Positions 59,797 through 64,000 of a stretch of 64,000 bases of DNA are shown piece by piece. How positions within the stretch are numbered: position 1 is the stretch's first letter; the number at the start of each line of letters is the position of its first letter. The notes below the pieces were generated by a model. The model was not told the DNA's origin. It did not search any database and saw only the letters and a program-made list of their open reading frames with translations. The stretch is taken from assembly GCF_000002075.1 (NCBI RefSeq), contig NW_004797730.1, forward strand, positions 187,902 through 251,901. The letters run 5' to 3'. A program made the position numbers and the translations under genes. Origin of the DNA: Aplysia californica. Lineage: Eukaryota.

Positions 59797-60257
59797 TATT
59801 GCAATACTGCTCTTACCCGCGTGGTCATATTATCGAAAACATATTGAATGAAGTCTCAAATCTAATGCGCACCCCCCCCCCCCAACAAAAACAACAACCA
59901 AAAAACAACAAATAATTATGTCTTTCGAAGATTTGAAATTGTCTTCCTAGTAACCGATCATTCGATCGAATTCCTAACACTTTTAGAAATAAAAACTGGT
60001 TTCTAGAACTTGCCATGTTCGCGGGCACACGCGCAGTATTATAAGTAGTGTCCTTCTCTACATTTACATTTACTCCGTGGTGACAGATCGTTCTTGAAAT
60101 AGCATCTACTTTTATCATTAAAATCTTGAATATTTCGAAAAAGTCCCCCCCCCCCACACTTTTCCCCTACCAAGCCGAGTTCTTTATGTCTTTGGATTCA
60201 AGGTATCACGCTCTTCAAAATATGCTATATCAAAATTACAGATGAAACGAATTAATT

Positions 60258-60695
60258 TGTGAGGCAGCGTGGTGGAATCAGGCTCTTGTCAAAATAATCA
60301 AAGTTAAGAAACTTGCATTTTGCCGCAGGTTTGTGAACTTTAATAAAATTTTTGTTTTTTGACTCAACACCTTTCATGCCCATTAAAGAACTCATTTCTG
60401 TGTGGATTTTTCTGAAAAACGCTGATTAAAGGCACAGAAAATGAAAAAAATTTCAGTTACCACGGACTCTTAAGCTAAGGAAATAACTTATCTTTGGCGG
60501 CCATTTTCTCATTAATTTTACCTCTGAAAACAGGCGACCCCCACCTCCTTCATTCGCAAATATCTCGACTTGTATTCAAGATAAATGGATGTTTTTTCAT
60601 CCAAATAAAGACAAGTGAACAAGCTTTAAGATGATACCAATAACTCTACACGCCCAAAAATTGACGAGAGCCTGATTCCACCACGCTGCCTCACA
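60258..60695. mobile_element. MITE family A
   Basis: TIRs, TT/TT flanks. Confidence 0.93.
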
Positions 60696-61079
60696 TTTGT
60701 TCGAGCCACACAGTCACAACCTACCACCCACATCACATACTCAGTAACCCTCGTCCCCTCCCCCGCATATATCATTACAGTAGACAACTGTTGCAGCCTT
60801 CCCACGTCAAAGTCGGTCTACGTGCCAAGATTAGGCAAATGTATTGAGAAAGTAGGTGTTCGCCAATTTAACTGCTAATCAGAGTGGTAATTAATCAAGC
60901 TTAACTTTGAACTGAACCGAAGTTTTCTGACTTGACCCGATAAGGGTAACACAGATTTGGAGCATGCTGTTAGGCATGCTTTTTTAAACCATCAATATAT
61001 TTTCTGGGAACTGCATGCACGTAAAAGAAACTAGAAATTAGTTTTTCAGGCTGTGCTATTGCATATTTAAGGAGTTTTT

Positions 61080-61543
61080 CATCCAACCTTCATGAAATTT
61101 TCACAAAATAAAGAGAAGATGTAATACTAAACATTTGTCTGTTGAATTTTTGATATATGGAATAGTTTTTGTTAGTGGTGTCTGGAGTGTGGATTTTCAC
61201 GGGTTTTTTGAAACTTGAATGCTACCTCAGGAAAAAATTCCCTAAAAATTTACTAATTCGTTTAGGAAAAAAACAACAGATACATTTTCGATATAGTGTT
61301 GTTAGCGCGCGTGCAAAAAGACCCAATCAATTTCCATTGGTAATAAGTGTGGTATTCAATACGTAAGACATGTCAACCAAATCCAATATGGCCGCCGTAT
61401 CCATGGAAACGAAACTGTTTTTCAAATTTGATTGCGGATTTTAAGACTCCTTACTATGCTTGTTATATGTGTGAAATTTGATAAAATTTGGTCAAGTAAT
61501 CAGCGAGATAGCCTTCAGGTGTAGCCCCCCTCCCCCACCTTAA
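61080..61543. mobile_element. Non-autonomous DNA transposon end, Kolobok-like (abuts TTAA); second copy at ~62915-63388
   Basis: Two collinear ~460-bp copies, both ending GAGATAGCCTTCAGGTGTA...(C)n...TTAA. The superfamily assignment is inference. Confidence 0.6.
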
Positions 61544-61689
61544 AAAGAAACAAACCTATAAAGGACAAATCAATAGAGTGCGTTGAAGCAATAATGAACC
61601 GTAAAAAGGTCAGTGTCGTATTTGTCGACTTACTACGTAACAGTGCTGGCAAAAACGGTTGGCGCACCTATCTTACTAGTGTCCTTTCC

Positions 61690-62400
61690 ACTAAAGCCAG
61701 GACTGATGCTGAAGTTGCTTTCAGGATAAGCAAACCTAGCTCTGCATTGGTAGACTGAAAAATGGAGTTTAGAATGTCTCTGGAATCAATGTGAACAGTC
61801 AAAACTCAGCGTGCTGTTGCATTACAAATCCTTTTATAAGGAGCTGAGTCCTGGACAGTGTACAAACCATGCACCGACGAATAAGCTCAACAGGTTTCAT
61901 CTCTCCTGTCTGAGAAGAATACCGGGTACTCACTGGAAGGATTACGTCCCAGACACTGAAGTTCGGGAGAAAGAGGAAGTCGGTAGCGTCTTCTGTCACT
62001 AGAAGAAATCTTAGCTTAGATGGGCGGGGCACTTGGTCCCAATGTCAAACACACTGCTCCCAAAAGTGTTTGCCTTTCAGAATTTATTTGTGGAAGGTGG
62101 AACACTGGTAAATCCTCCCCCCTCCCTAAAAAAACAGTTAAAAAATCCCAAAGAAAAACACAAAAAACAACAGATCACACACATATACACACACAAAAAA
62201 AGCAACCCTAAACTAAAATCACATTTAAAGACACTTTGAAGACTTCTCTGAAAGACTGCTCCACTGATGTTTTGACCAATCATAGTGGCTCAAAGTCTTG
62301 GCATGTGGCAGCAAAGCTTGTGAGTAAAACGGATTCTGTAAAGCAGCGGCAATCAGGGAAGCAAGAAAATCAATAATACAGTCAAATCCTGACATTGATA
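61690..62400 (+). mobile_element. RTE/BovB-like LINE ORF C-terminal remnant
   Basis: Peptides DAEVAFRISKPSSA, LNRFHLSCLRRIPGTHWKDYVPDTEV and LRWAGHLV, with stops and frameshifts. Confidence 0.8.
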
Positions 62401-63431
62401 CTGACTCAACAGACCACAGTGCTCCGTTTGTAGAAACTAGTGCTGGGCGGCTAGGTTCCCGATTATTAAAAGATTGGAATCGTAGGAATCTACTCCGAAC
62501 CCAATTACTTACTTTTTAATGATGTGATTTCTTCCGGTGATTACTTGGTTAGCTCTGAACATCTTCAGGATTTAGGATAACCTTGATTTCGGAACACAAC
62601 GAAGCGTCAACTTTTACTTTTCAAAAAATAAATTCTAAAAAAGAGAAGATTTTCATGATTAAAGTAAGTGTTGACCGTTGGTTTACGTAAAATGGAGTCG
62701 GAACTTTTCTTCCGTAGCATTAATCATGGGAATCGGTTCCGGAATCGATTCTTCGTCCAACTCTAGTAGAAACAACCTTCTAAAAAGCGCTTTAGGCCCC
62801 GCGTCCAATGCGCTTTTTCGTCACTTGCAGGCCAAGCTCACATGCAAATGAGCTTGTTTTTGTCAGTCACTTTTCTCAAAACGCGATTTTTCTCATTACT
62901 GTTTTGAATGACTCGACCAATTTTCATGAAATTTTCACAGAATGAAGAGAAGATATAATACCAAAAAATCTGTTTGTTTAATTTTTGATATATGGAATAC
63001 ATTGTATCTGTGGTGTGAATTTTCACGGAATTTTTGCAAACTAAAATACTACCTCAGGAAAAAATTCATTAAAAATCTTCTAATTCGTTTAAGAAAAAAT
63101 CAAAAGAATTTTTTAAAATCTTTTGTTTGCTAACATGTTTAACAAAAAAACAACAACAACAAAAAAACCCCCAATCTATTTCCATGTGGTGTTCATTACG
63201 TAAGACATGTCAACAAAATCCAATATGGACGCTGTATCCACGGAAAAGCAATTTTTTTTCTCTTAAATTTGATTGCAGATTTTAATAATCATGACTATGC
63301 TTGTTATACTAGCATAATATGTGGAATTTGGTAAAATGTAGTCCACTAATAAGCGAGATAGCCTTCAGGTGTACCCCCCCCCCTTTAAGGTCACAAGCGA
63401 AGCTATACTAAGGTTTCTCCAACTCACCATA

Positions 63432-63671
63432 TGTGAGGCGTGCTGACAAAATGAGTTACTTCTCACAATCCACAAATGGAGATATTGACCAAAAATTGAC
63501 ACTTGGGTCATATTTCTAGGTTTTTTTTATTGATGCAATATTCATAAAGTAGTAAATGCCTTTTGCTATTTCATACTTACAAATGATAAAAACTGCACCT
63601 CTAAGCATGATGTATCTATTTCCATAGAGCCCTAATCCGAGAAGTAACTCATTTAGTCGGCACACTCCACA
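63432..63671. mobile_element. MITE family B
   Basis: TIRs matching the 14981-15227 copy. Confidence 0.85.
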
Positions 63672-63829
63672 TTAATATTAATGTTAAGGCAGATAAACAG
63701 ACGACTTTAAAACTAGGAAAGGTCCTACTATCTGCGGCGAGCTGTGGCGTTTGCGATCATTACAAGTTGCTAGCTACTCTTTCTTTTACATTGCTCTTTT
63801 TACCCCCTCCCCCCAGGGTTGCTAACAAA

Positions 63830-64000
63830 GTCTATACAGGAAAGATCTACACCAAGGCCTTCTCGGACAAGGGAGAAAAATCTCGGAGGTCCCGCGTGCA
63901 GGTTGCCCACGTTAAAGAACCCTTGGTGGTCCAAATTCGATAAAAGTATGCTTCAGCTGCAACCCGGGCAAAATTCAAAATTTCCTACCAACTGAAAATG
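63830..64000 (+). mobile_element. tRNA-derived SINE (Nin/Deu type), 3' portion, runs off the window
   Basis: Homologous to 15750-15900 in reverse complement. Confidence 0.8.

Overview
Eukaryotic, AT-rich, repeat-rich draft-assembly DNA with many N gaps. It is almost certainly from a gastropod mollusc: one receptor matches my recollection of Aplysia californica 5-HTB1 at both termini. The left half (1-28.8 kb) holds a head-to-tail array of at least five copies of a class A aminergic GPCR gene whose CDS is intronless: three intact ORFs, one copy broken by an assembly gap, and one degenerate 3' fragment. The proteins carry signatures of the invertebrate D1-like dopamine receptor (Dop1) clade but have a remodelled ligand pocket (E3.36, Y5.42, C5.46). 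Their TM blocks are nearly identical at the nucleotide level, while ECL2, ICL3 and the C-tail diverge, a mosaic that suggests gene conversion. An 8-exon ZFAND1 gene (268 aa, all introns GT-AG) lies on the minus strand at 32147-43877, converging on the array. The rest is interspersed repeats: about 11 copies of a ~438-bp TGTGAGG-ended MITE plus a related shorter family, tRNA-derived SINEs, fragments of RTE, Rex1-like and L2/CR1 LINEs, Tc1 remnants, and micro/minisatellites. I recognised no host gene in 44-64 kb. All family assignments are from memory of the protein and repeat families; no database search was run.
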